Assembly: GCA_044356295.1 (NCBI GenBank)
Contig: JBIKWN010000058.1
Coordinates: 1 to 15,825, forward strand
Length of the DNA stretch: 15,825 nt
Source of the DNA: Bdellovibrionota bacterium
Lineage (GTDB): Bacteria; Bdellovibrionota_C; UBA2361; JBIKWN01
Reading direction: 5' to 3'
The notes beneath the pieces are model-generated. The model saw only the letters and a program-made list of their open reading frames with translations. It was not told the origin of the DNA and did no database searches. Numbering within the stretch: position 1 is the stretch's first letter; every line of letters starts with the position of its first letter. The position numbers were made by a program, and so were the translations under genes. This document shows, piece by piece, positions 8,292 to 15,825 of this stretch.

Positions 8292-8441
8292 GGGGGACGC
8301 AGAGGTCCGCTGAGGGGAATATGCATATATTTCAATGTTGTTAGATTGTTTTGATTTCCTCTGCGATACCCTGCGCGCCTCTGCGGTAAAAAATACAAAG
8401 GCTCAAACTATCAACTCATTTAAAGCATAAATAAATAAACC

Positions 8442-9626
8442 TCAATCAAAATGAAATTCAATCTTACCTGCAGCGCGTCTTGCTTTCTCTCTAGCCGCAT
8501 CGAGTGTGGTATCTTTTGCAAGTATTACACCGAGCCGCCTAGAACCATCGATTGAAGGCTTACCAAATAATCGAAGTTGAGTATCGGGCTCAGCAAGTGC
8601 CTGACTAATCCCACTGAAAGAAATATTTTCACTTTTGCCTTTTGCTAACAGAGCAACAGAAGCAGAAGGACCAGTCTGTGTTATTAGTGGGATGGGTAGG
8701 CCAAGAATCGCCCGAACGTGCAGGGCAAACTCGGAAAGATCTTGAGAGATAAGCGTTACCAGTCCTGTATCATGCGGACGAGGTGAAACTTCACTAAAAT
8801 AAATTTTATCTTGCTTCACAAATAACTCGACACCAAAAATTCCATACCCCCCGAGCGCGTCCGTTATTTTTTTAGCACAATCTTTAGAGGCAGCTAACGC
8901 TTTATCTGACATTGGATGGGGTTGCCATGATTCACGGTAGTCACCATCAATTTGAATATGACCAATTGGATCGCAAAACGAGGTGCCGCCTGCATGCCTC
9001 ACTGTTAAAAGAGTAATTTCGTAATCAAAGTCGATAAAACCTTCAACGATTACTTTTCCTTCTCCGGTTCTGCCTCCTGTTTGCGCGTAATCCCAAGCTT
9101 TGTCGATATCGCCTGAGGTTTTAATAACACTTTGACCTTTTCCAGATGAACTCATTACTGGTTTAACAACACAAGGCGTTCCAATTTCTTCAACCGCTGC
9201 CAGGAATTCTTGTTTAGTTACAGCAAATCGGAAAGGCGATGTTGGTAGTCCTAACTCTTCTGCTGCGAGTTTACGAATTCCTTCACGATTCATTGTTAGA
9301 TTGGCAGCTCTTGCTGTCGGAATAACGGTTTTTCCATTTTTCTCGAGAGCTATAAGTGTTTCAGTGTTAATCGCTTCAATTTCTGGAACGATAAAGTCTG
9401 GATTTTCTTTTTCGATTAGATTTTTTAATGCGTCAGGGTCGAGCATCGAGATTGTGTGACTTCTGTGTGCTACCTGCATCGCAGGTGCGTTGTCATATCT
9501 GTCGACTGCAATTACCTCAACACCGAGTCTTTGAAATTCAATTGCGACTTCTTTCCCAAGCTCTCCTGAGCCTAAGAGGAGTGCCTTAGTTGATGAAGGG
9601 GTGAGGGGGGTTCCTATTTTTGTCAT
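8442..9626 (-). CDS. purT: Formate-dependent phosphoribosylglycinamide formyltransferase
   Basis: [75 protein letters not shown]...RRLGV. Confidence 0.97.
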   Translation of the reverse strand: MTKIGTPLTPSSTKALLLGSGELGKEVAIEFQRLGVEVIAVDRYDNAPAMQVAHRSHTISMLDPDALKNLIEKENPDFIVPEIEAINTETLIALEKNGKTVIPTARAANLTMNREGIRKLAAEELGLPTSPFRFAVTKQEFLAAVEEIGTPCVVKPVMSSSGKGQSVIKTSGDIDKAWDYAQTGGRTGEGKVIVEGFIDFDYEITLLTVRHAGGTSFCDPIGHIQIDGDYRESWQPHPMSDKALAASKDCAKKITDALGGYGIFGVELFVKQDKIYFSEVSPRPHDTGLVTLISQDLSEFALHVRAILGLPIPLITQTGPSASVALLAKGKSENISFSGISQALAEPDTQLRLFGKPSIDGSRRLGVILAKDTTLDAAREKARRAAGKIEFHFD

Positions 9627-9660
9627 GAGTCATTATAGCTTTCCAGCTAGATTTTTTTAA
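9627..9660 (-). promoter_or_regulatory. Candidate sigma70-type promoter for a leaderless purT mRNA
   Basis: Minus strand: TTAAAA (9660-9655), 17 bp, TATAAT (9637-9632), gactc, ATG (9626). No Shine-Dalgarno sequence. Confidence 0.5.
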
Positions 9661-9749
9661 AGAGGGGGGTGAATTTAACCTCTTTCGAGAACAGTGTATT
9701 ACTGATAATTTTCTTAAAGGTTTAAGTTGGTTTTACTAAGGATTCTTCT

Positions 9750-11228
9750 ATGAAGGTTAAAAATATATTCAAATTTTTTTTGACTATAGCAATTGTTATA
9801 TCTTCTTCTGATGCTATAGCGCTGACGATTGAGACTTTCGAAGCTAATACAAGATTAATATGTGACGAGGGAGATGTTCCTAAGTATACAATGACTACTT
9901 CTGCTGGTTCGTTAGGTGGAAAACAAACTTTGAGATGTGAAAAAACTACCCCAGGTCTTGGGTCTGAAGTCACAGCCAGATCTACAGGTTTTCAACTCTA
10001 CAGGCACAGTCAAGAAAGTGGATCTGCAGGAGTTACAGAAATTGAGTGGGATGGTGATTCTATTTCTGCCCCTCCTGTTAACTATGATGGTTTAGCTTCT
10101 ATCGATCTCATCCAAGATAGTGGCGACGCTATAAGAATTAACAATATGGTGTATGACTGTGCTGGTGTATCACCAAACGCAGTAATGTCTATTACTATTT
10201 ATGATGCACGTGATCCAAATGGTGGAAGAAGAATCTCTTTTAACTACCAACTGCCATGTTGGACAACGTTTAATCCAGGAAATCCTCAACATGTAAAAGA
10301 TCAATTGTATGGTTATAATGGTTCCTATAATCCCGATACAGGAATCTCACTAGTTTTCCCTTTTGCTGATTTTACCCAGGCTAATCCATCAACTCCTGCT
10401 GATATTAGAAAAGTTGGAGCGGTTAATATTACAATCACAGGTGTTTCCAATGATGCAGATATAAGTTTTGGAACAATAGGAACCAACGGTTCATGTTCTA
10501 ACGTCCCAGATCCTGTTACAGGAGTAGCCTGTACTCCGACTCCAACCAGTACACCTACAAACACACCTACTAGCACTCCAACCAATACACCAACTGTAAC
10601 CCCAACGAACACGCCAACGCTGACTCCTACGTCTACCCCAACTCCAACACCTACGAATACCCCAACGAACACACCAACGTTGACGCCAACCCCAACAAGT
10701 ACTCCAACTGCTACTTTGACAAATACACCAACGGTAACTCCTACAAGTACTGTAACGAATACCCCTGAGGCAGTTTTAAGTTGTACAAGAGTTGCACCAA
10801 CAGCTGAAATGAAAGCGATTGGTTCATCACTTTTAAAATCCACATCAACAATCAGCCGCATAATCAGAGCAGATGCATCGCGTGCAAAATCCGCTAAATC
10901 TTGTAATGGTAAAGTAAATCCAGCGAGACTCCTTTCGATCGTTCGTCAAACTGAGAAAAATATCCGTGATGAAATAAACTCTGAGATTTTGAAATCTATT
11001 GAAGTGTGTGGAGTAGATTGTGTTAAGGTCAGTTTCTTGACTGAGGTTTCTGTAGTTAGGAAGATGATCAAAAACTACGGAGCTGTCGCAGCTTCTAATG
11101 CAAAAAAAGTTGTTGCCTGTGCTAAATCCATTCGCGGCAACGGTTCAGGACCTAAGACGTCTTCACTGAGTTCGATAACCAGCGCCCTAAATCGACCGGT
11201 TAATGTTACCTGTAACATCTGTAAATAA
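9750..11228 (+). CDS. Secreted/surface protein: signal peptide, beta-rich N-domain, 78-aa Pro/Thr linker, basic Cys-rich C-terminal domain
   Basis: AAGGA upstream of the ATG; signal peptide MKVKNIFKFFLTIAIVISSSDAIA; 6 Cys before the linker and 7 after it, ending TCNICK. Confidence 0.85.
   Translation: MKVKNIFKFFLTIAIVISSSDAIALTIETFEANTRLICDEGDVPKYTMTTSAGSLGGKQTLRCEKTTPGLGSEVTARSTGFQLYRHSQESGSAGVTEIEWDGDSISAPPVNYDGLASIDLIQDSGDAIRINNMVYDCAGVSPNAVMSITIYDARDPNGGRRISFNYQLPCWTTFNPGNPQHVKDQLYGYNGSYNPDTGISLVFPFADFTQANPSTPADIRKVGAVNITITGVSNDADISFGTIGTNGSCSNVPDPVTGVACTPTPTSTPTNTPTSTPTNTPTVTPTNTPTLTPTSTPTPTPTNTPTNTPTLTPTPTSTPTATLTNTPTVTPTSTVTNTPEAVLSCTRVAPTAEMKAIGSSLLKSTSTISRIIRADASRAKSAKSCNGKVNPARLLSIVRQTEKNIRDEINSEILKSIEVCGVDCVKVSFLTEVSVVRKMIKNYGAVAASNAKKVVACAKSIRGNGSGPKTSSLSSITSALNRPVNVTCNICK
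10533..10766 (+). repeat. Coding low-complexity T-P-T-(S/N/V/L) repeat linker
   Basis: TPTPTSTPTNTPTSTPTNTPTVTPTNTPTLTP...TNTP. Synonymous codons are diversified, so the repeat is conserved at the protein level. Confidence 0.92.
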
Positions 11229-11243
11229 TCAGATAGACGCATC

Positions 11244-11280
11244 TATGAAGCTGTAGTATAAAAGTACTTTCAGCTTCATA
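11244..11280. terminator. Intergenic hairpin (possible terminator, processing or operator site)
   Basis: Perfect 10-bp IR tatgaagctg (11244-11253) / cagcttcata (11271-11280) plus inner agta/tact pairing; followed by ctcttt (weak U-tract). Confidence 0.45.
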
Positions 11281-11291
11281 CTCTTTCAAAT

Positions 11292-12089
11292 ATGCGATTC
11301 TCTGTCCTTTCATCAGGCTCTAAAGCTAACTCTACATTTATTGATACTGGTAATGCCCGTATTTTGATTGATTGTGGACTTTCAGCCAAACAGTTAGAGA
11401 TTCGATTGAATCAGCTTGGTGTTAATCCCGCCTCGATAGATGCAATCCTGGTTACTCACGAGCACTCGGATCATATTCATGGTGTTCCAACACTAAGCAA
11501 GCGTTATAAAATTCCTGTTTTTGCAAATTTCCAAACACTCAAACAGATACCAAAATCATTTCACTTTGAGCAATTCCAAAATGGAGTTGATTTTTGGGTT
11601 GGAGCAACTCGAATCACACCTTTTAGTATAACCCATGATGCAGTAGATCCCGTTGGGTTTTCATTGTTTTCTGAAGGCTTAAAATTTTCTCAGGCAACTG
11701 ACCTTGGTCGAGTTACTCTTTTAGTTACAGAGCATCTGAAAGATTCTAATTTTATCGTGCTCGAATCAAATCACGATCAAGAGATGCTTCGTAACTGTGA
11801 ATATCCTTGGGAGCTTAAATCAAGAATATCTTCCAGCTATGGTCATTTAAGTAACGATGATTCAACGGCTCTTTTAAAAGAGATTGCCCACAGCGATCTT
11901 CGACATGTGGTACTTGGTCATTTAAGCGAGCATAGTAACACTCCAAGCCTTGCCCTTCAGACACATCTGACGAATTTCGACTCTGAGACGCTAAAAGACC
12001 TACCATTTCAACTTCAGTGCGGATCTGTTCACCAAGCAACGCCATTTCTTGGTGTTGATCAACTTTGTCTGCAACTACTTGCTAGCTAA
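11292..12089 (+). CDS. MBL-fold metallo-hydrolase, YycJ/WalJ-like
   Basis: LSSGSKAN, LIDCGLS, THEHSDH, HDAVDPVGF, ATDLG, LESNHD, YPWELKSRI...GHLSN, LGHLSEHSNTP. Confidence 0.9.
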   Translation: MRFSVLSSGSKANSTFIDTGNARILIDCGLSAKQLEIRLNQLGVNPASIDAILVTHEHSDHIHGVPTLSKRYKIPVFANFQTLKQIPKSFHFEQFQNGVDFWVGATRITPFSITHDAVDPVGFSLFSEGLKFSQATDLGRVTLLVTEHLKDSNFIVLESNHDQEMLRNCEYPWELKSRISSSYGHLSNDDSTALLKEIAHSDLRHVVLGHLSEHSNTPSLALQTHLTNFDSETLKDLPFQLQCGSVHQATPFLGVDQLCLQLLAS

Positions 12090-12161
12090 GTGCCGAAATT
12101 TCTACTTAGGATTTTCCAAAAACAGAAATAATTGGTATCTTTTAGTCGGAGAAACCTTAAC

Positions 12162-13469
12162 ATGATACCCCGCTATAGCCGCCCAGAAATGACCAAAATA
12201 TGGAGTGATGAGAATCGCTTCAAAATCTGGCTTGAAGTTGAACTCACCGCACTAGAAAAAATGGCTGAGCTTGGACTTGCTCCAGAGTCCGCATATCTGA
12301 ATGCTCGTAAACTTGCAAAATTTGATGCAAAACGAGTTCTTGAAATCGAAGACGAAGTAAAGCATGACGTTATCGCATTTCTTACAAATGTAGCTGAGTA
12401 TGTTGGTGAGGATTCAAGATTTATTCACCGCGGAATGACTTCCAGTGATCTTTTAGATACTTCGTTTGCTCTTCAATTAAAACAATCTGGTGAGCTGATT
12501 TTAGCTTCACTAGAAAAAGTGATCGTTGCAACTCTTACCAGAGCTGAAGAGTACCGCTATACACCAACAATTGGACGTTCTCATGGAATACATGCAGAAC
12601 CAACTACATTTGGATTAAAAGTCCTTTCATGGGCAGTTGAACTTACTCGTGCTAAAAAAAGAATTCAAAGTGCTTTGCACGAAGCGTGCGCAGGGAAAAT
12701 ATCAGGTCCTGTTGGTACATTTGCGCAGCTTCCTCCTGCAGTAGAAGAACATGTAATGAGTAAACTTGGTTTAGTTTGTGAACCAGTTGCTTCACAAATT
12801 GTACACCGTGACAGACACGCAAGTTTCTTTTCTGCACTTGCTCTTCTTGGAAGCTCAATTGAAAGGTTCGCTGTAGAGATTCGCCATCTTCAAAGAACAG
12901 AGGTTCGTGAAGTTGAAGAAAAATTTACAGCTGGACAGAAGGGTTCTTCTGCGATGCCGCATAAACGGAATCCAATTCTTTCTGAGAATTTAACTGGATT
13001 AGCAAGACTTCTTCGAGGGTATGTTGTTTCTGCAATGGAAAATATTGCTCTCTGGCATGAACGAGACATTAGTCACAGTTCAGTTGAGCGAGTCATTGCT
13101 CCTGATGCATGTATCGTTTCACACTTTATGCTACATCGTTTTCTTTCTTTGGTAGAGGGCATGGTTGTATACCCAAAACGTATGCAAGAGAATCTTGATT
13201 CATCACGTGGACTCATCTTTTCAGGCTCACTCCTTGTTGCACTTGTTGATGGTGGTATGGTTCGAGAAGATGCGTATAAAGAAGTCCAACTCCATGCGCT
13301 TGCTGCGTGGGACGGCGGAGACGACCTGAAAGGAAGGGCATTAAAAGCTGAAAAAATTCTTTCATTCTTATCTGTAGAAAAAATCAACGAGATATTCGAT
13401 ATCAAGCGGCATTTTCAACAGGTTGACTATATTTTTGAACGTTCATTAAAAGAGATAAATCATGGTTAA
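12162..13469 (+). CDS. purB: Adenylosuccinate lyase
   Basis: MIPRYSRPEM, HDVIAF, HRGMTSSD, GRSHGIHAEPTTFG, GSSAMPHKRNP, LWHERDISHSSVER. Start placed at ATG 12162 with GGAG at 12148-12151 rather than TTG 12132. Confidence 0.97.
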   Translation: MIPRYSRPEMTKIWSDENRFKIWLEVELTALEKMAELGLAPESAYLNARKLAKFDAKRVLEIEDEVKHDVIAFLTNVAEYVGEDSRFIHRGMTSSDLLDTSFALQLKQSGELILASLEKVIVATLTRAEEYRYTPTIGRSHGIHAEPTTFGLKVLSWAVELTRAKKRIQSALHEACAGKISGPVGTFAQLPPAVEEHVMSKLGLVCEPVASQIVHRDRHASFFSALALLGSSIERFAVEIRHLQRTEVREVEEKFTAGQKGSSAMPHKRNPILSENLTGLARLLRGYVVSAMENIALWHERDISHSSVERVIAPDACIVSHFMLHRFLSLVEGMVVYPKRMQENLDSSRGLIFSGSLLVALVDGGMVREDAYKEVQLHALAAWDGGDDLKGRALKAEKILSFLSVEKINEIFDIKRHFQQVDYIFERSLKEINHG

Positions 13470-13704
13470 GATACAAGTACTCGTCCGATTAAAAAATGGT
13501 GTTCTTGATGTGCAAGGTAAAGCTATTGAAGGCGGATTAAAAGGTGTTGGCGTTGAAGGAATCTCTGGAATGAGAGTCGGCCGCCTTGTTGAGTTCGAAA
13601 TTGATGCAAAAGATTTTGAATCTGCAAAACCATTAGCGGTGAAACTTTGTGATGATCTTTTAGCGAACCCAATTATTGAAAGTTACGAGATTAAAAGTAT
13701 ATGA
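13462..13704 (+). CDS. purS: FGAM synthase subunit PurS
   Basis: LKNGVLDVQGKAI, RVG, LCDDLLANPIIESY; overlaps the purB stop. Confidence 0.95.
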   Translation: MVKIQVLVRLKNGVLDVQGKAIEGGLKGVGVEGISGMRVGRLVEFEIDAKDFESAKPLAVKLCDDLLANPIIESYEIKSI

Positions 13705-14396
13705 AGATTGCTTGCCTAGTTTTTCCTGGAACGAATTGTGACCATGATGTTGAGCATGCTTTCGGAACGCTTTTAAAGGGAACCGTAACACCGGTTTGGC
13801 ATCGTTCAAAAGATTTAGGAAATGCAGATCTTGTCGTTGTACCAGGCGGATTTTCATACGGTGATTACCTTAGAACAGGAGCATTAGCAAAAATATCTCC
13901 AGTCATGGAGTCTGTTATGAAATTTGCAAAAGCTGGTGGAAAAGTTATGGGAATCTGTAATGGTTTTCAGATTCTTTGTGAAGCTGGATTACTACCTGGC
14001 GTCCTTTTAACTAACGCAAGTTTGAAGTTTGCTTCTAAATTTATTCATATCAAAGTTCAAAGTAATAATAATTTCTTTACGAAAGATATGGCTGTTGGTT
14101 CTGTTATTCACTGTCCCGTTGCGCATTTTGATGGCAATTATTTTGCAGATGAGAAGACAGTTGAGGAATTAGAAAATAATAATCAAGTAGTTTTTAGTTA
14201 CTGCAATGCATCAGGAAAAATAGATGCAGCAGATCCACAGATTAATTTTAATGGTTCAATTCATGCGATAGCAGGAATAAGTAATCGTGATGGTAATGTC
14301 GTAGGTTTCATGCCGCATCCTGAACGTGCTGTTGAAGAGATAGTTTCAAATGGGTGGGGTAATACTGCTGCTCCTCTGATCAATGCATTAGGGTAA
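13701..14396 (+). CDS. purQ: FGAM synthase glutaminase subunit PurQ
   Basis: FPGTNCD, PGGFSYGDYLR, GICNGFQIL (catalytic Cys), MPHPER (His/Glu). ATGA overlap with purS. Confidence 0.96.
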   Translation: MKIACLVFPGTNCDHDVEHAFGTLLKGTVTPVWHRSKDLGNADLVVVPGGFSYGDYLRTGALAKISPVMESVMKFAKAGGKVMGICNGFQILCEAGLLPGVLLTNASLKFASKFIHIKVQSNNNFFTKDMAVGSVIHCPVAHFDGNYFADEKTVEELENNNQVVFSYCNASGKIDAADPQINFNGSIHAIAGISNRDGNVVGFMPHPERAVEEIVSNGWGNTAAPLINALG

Positions 14397-14611
14397 GACT
14401 TGTTAGAAAAATCAAAACTTCAATGAAGGCCAATTCTGGTTCAGCGTGACGAAGAAGATAAGGGTTTGTTTTTTTTTGTTTATGAATCTCAGCAGAGTCA
14501 GTTTCGGTGAGTTTCTTTCTCTCACTCCTTTCGCGACAGAAGTACCAACCATACTACCATATTATTGACTCGTATGGTTAAGGGGTGTGTGCTGAAAGAA
14601 GTCTTACTTAA

Positions 14612-15475
14612 TCAATTTACATTACTGAACTTCTCTCGTAGCGCACGCTGTTCAGCAAAGAGCTTGTCAGCAACCATGTAGGTTTCAACGTGATATTGCG
14701 ATGTCAGCGGACGCAATTGTTCGAGGAGGGCTTCAAAGGATTCATCTTTTCGTCCATAAAGTTCTGTAAGAAGTTTATGAAGTTTTTGACTTTTAATATG
14801 CCCTTCACCTGTTACGATTGCTTTAACTAAGACATCATCTGGAAGTTTTTCTAAAGAAATATTGAGCGGTCCTTCGGTGCTCGTAATGAGGTGCTTAAGA
14901 ACGCATTCTGATAATTTGGGATTATCACTAACAAGGCAGTTTTCGAGCTCTGGATGTAAAGGCGATCCATCCACTTTTTGTGCAAAGGCAATTCGAACAG
15001 TTAGATTATGAATTTTTTCATCACGAGACAAACTTAATGCTATGCTGATTTTCTCTTGCCCTCCTTTTGCACCATACACATCTTTTAAAAAGCCTCTTAC
15101 ATATTTTTGATCTAATTCAGTTTGGCCGTTCTCAACATAGTGGGTAAAAATTGCTTCTTGTAAATCTTTTAGAAGTGCCTCTTCTCTGGGTGCTAAGGGA
15201 GCTTTTCGATGTGCAAGTGAATGCGCGATTTTACAACCCAAAACGATATTGTGGCCATCATTAATATCTGCAATGAGAAATGGAATTGTTTCACTTGGAT
15301 CAGCTTTACATTTATCAAACGCAGCTTGATCACGTGCTAATAGTAGAATTCTTTTTTCATCATCTCTTAGCCCCTTCAAGGCTGGATCTTTTCCATCTTC
15401 TTCGAACAGTGAAAGCATTTCCGGAAATGATAACTTGCTTACCTGTACTTTAGCTGAATTGATTCGTCCACACAT
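14612..15475 (-). CDS. Hypothetical helical protein (287 aa)
   Basis: Long ORF with AGGT upstream of the ATG; Leu/Lys/Glu-rich; no recognised motif. Confidence 0.75.
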   Translation of the reverse strand: MCGRINSAKVQVSKLSFPEMLSLFEEDGKDPALKGLRDDEKRILLLARDQAAFDKCKADPSETIPFLIADINDGHNIVLGCKIAHSLAHRKAPLAPREEALLKDLQEAIFTHYVENGQTELDQKYVRGFLKDVYGAKGGQEKISIALSLSRDEKIHNLTVRIAFAQKVDGSPLHPELENCLVSDNPKLSECVLKHLITSTEGPLNISLEKLPDDVLVKAIVTGEGHIKSQKLHKLLTELYGRKDESFEALLEQLRPLTSQYHVETYMVADKLFAEQRALREKFSNVN

Positions 15476-15751
15476 ATAACCTGTTTGCTCGTGAAAATAA
15501 TAAACTTATTATTAATGATATGATGAACATACTTATCTATGTGCGATAGAAATAGCAGCAGATTATTGAAACAATCAGTTGGTAAAAGCCATATAATTTT
15601 AATAAGTTACGCTGTCCATTAACGAGCGGACAAAAAAATCCTAAAGAATTACTGTAAAATTGTTGGGAATAGCAAAATCAAAGTCTATTCAGTCAATAGT
15701 TGTTAGATATGAATTTTTTAGTACATGAGCTTAGTCAAAATGATTTTTTGC

Positions 15752-15823
15752 TTAAGCTGATTGAATCCTGTCTGCCCTAAGTTTGGATCTTTCAAAAAGT
15801 GTGAATATGTTCGTATTTACTTT
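15752..15823 (-). CDS. Possible 3' end of a gene entering from beyond the window
   Basis: A minus-strand frame is open from the window edge (KVNTNIFTLFERSKLRADRIQSA*). Its stop overlaps an imperfect hairpin at 15728-15758. Too short to confirm. Confidence 0.25.
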   Translation of the reverse strand, partial: KVNTNIFTLFERSKLRADRIQSA

Positions 15824-15825
15824 CA

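Larger units (their letters stand above)
8135..8395. repeat. CGCAGAG-type REP-like palindromic element, interrupted in its left arm by a MITE
   Basis: Perfect 15-bp outer IR tattttttaccgcag (8135-8149) / ctgcggtaaaaaata (8381-8395). Removing the MITE and one target copy gives left arm accgcagggggacgcagaggtccgctgagg, which matches the reverse complement of the right arm, accgcagaggcgcgcagggtatcgcagagg (three CGCAG units at 9-10 bp spacing). Confidence 0.8.

Noticed and set aside
8168..8398. 76-aa minus-strand ORF containing HAHAHAQGHG
   Set aside because: It lies entirely within the nested repeat/MITE, and the His-Ala run is just the translation of the hexamer repeat.
10325..10861. 178-aa Val/Gly-rich minus-strand ORF that looks like a membrane protein
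   Set aside because: Antisense shadow of the Thr/Pro linker codons.
12132..12161. TTG start for purB
   Set aside because: The conserved N-terminus MIPRY begins at ATG 12162, which has a GGAG SD.
12090..12161. Possible purine riboswitch or PurR box upstream of purB
   Set aside because: Only 72 bp, with no recognisable aptamer or operator consensus.
140..13857. Remaining short ORFs of 62-110 aa in the track (e.g. 140-454, 419-616, 1165-1437, 3952-4200, 5547-5753, 13073-13405, 13660-13857)
   Set aside because: All are nested in or antisense to well-supported genes and carry no recognisable motifs.
15614..15638. Small hairpin tgtcc...ggaca followed by an A-run
   Set aside because: The stem is only 5 bp and the A/T tract is on the wrong side for an intrinsic terminator on either strand.

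Overview
AT-rich bacterial chromosomal window made up mostly of housekeeping and metabolic genes. In order: the 3' part of a membrane-anchored SH3b-domain protein; a threonine ammonia-lyase head-to-head (15 bp gap) with an apparent operon of an HMG-CoA-lyase-like enzyme, an FbpC/FbpB/FbpA-like ABC importer and a small hypothetical gene; an acidic orphan; purT; a secreted Pro/Thr-linker protein with a Cys-rich C-terminal domain; a YycJ/WalJ-like metallo-hydrolase; purB-purS-purQ; and a second orphan. The most notable non-coding structure is a three-layer nested element at 8135-8395. A CGCAGAG-type palindromic repeat is interrupted by a 132-bp MITE with perfect 18-bp terminal inverted repeats and a perfect 11-bp target duplication (IS4-like). 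The MITE's cargo is a second, hexamer-periodic palindrome. A sister copy of that cargo lies at 786-883 without intact TIRs and with its 14-nt loop flipped relative to the flanks. A symmetric 21-bp bidirectional promoter candidate that would give leaderless mRNAs lies at 2187-2207. No rRNA, tRNA, CRISPR array or transposase gene was seen. All family assignments come from motif recognition, not database searches.
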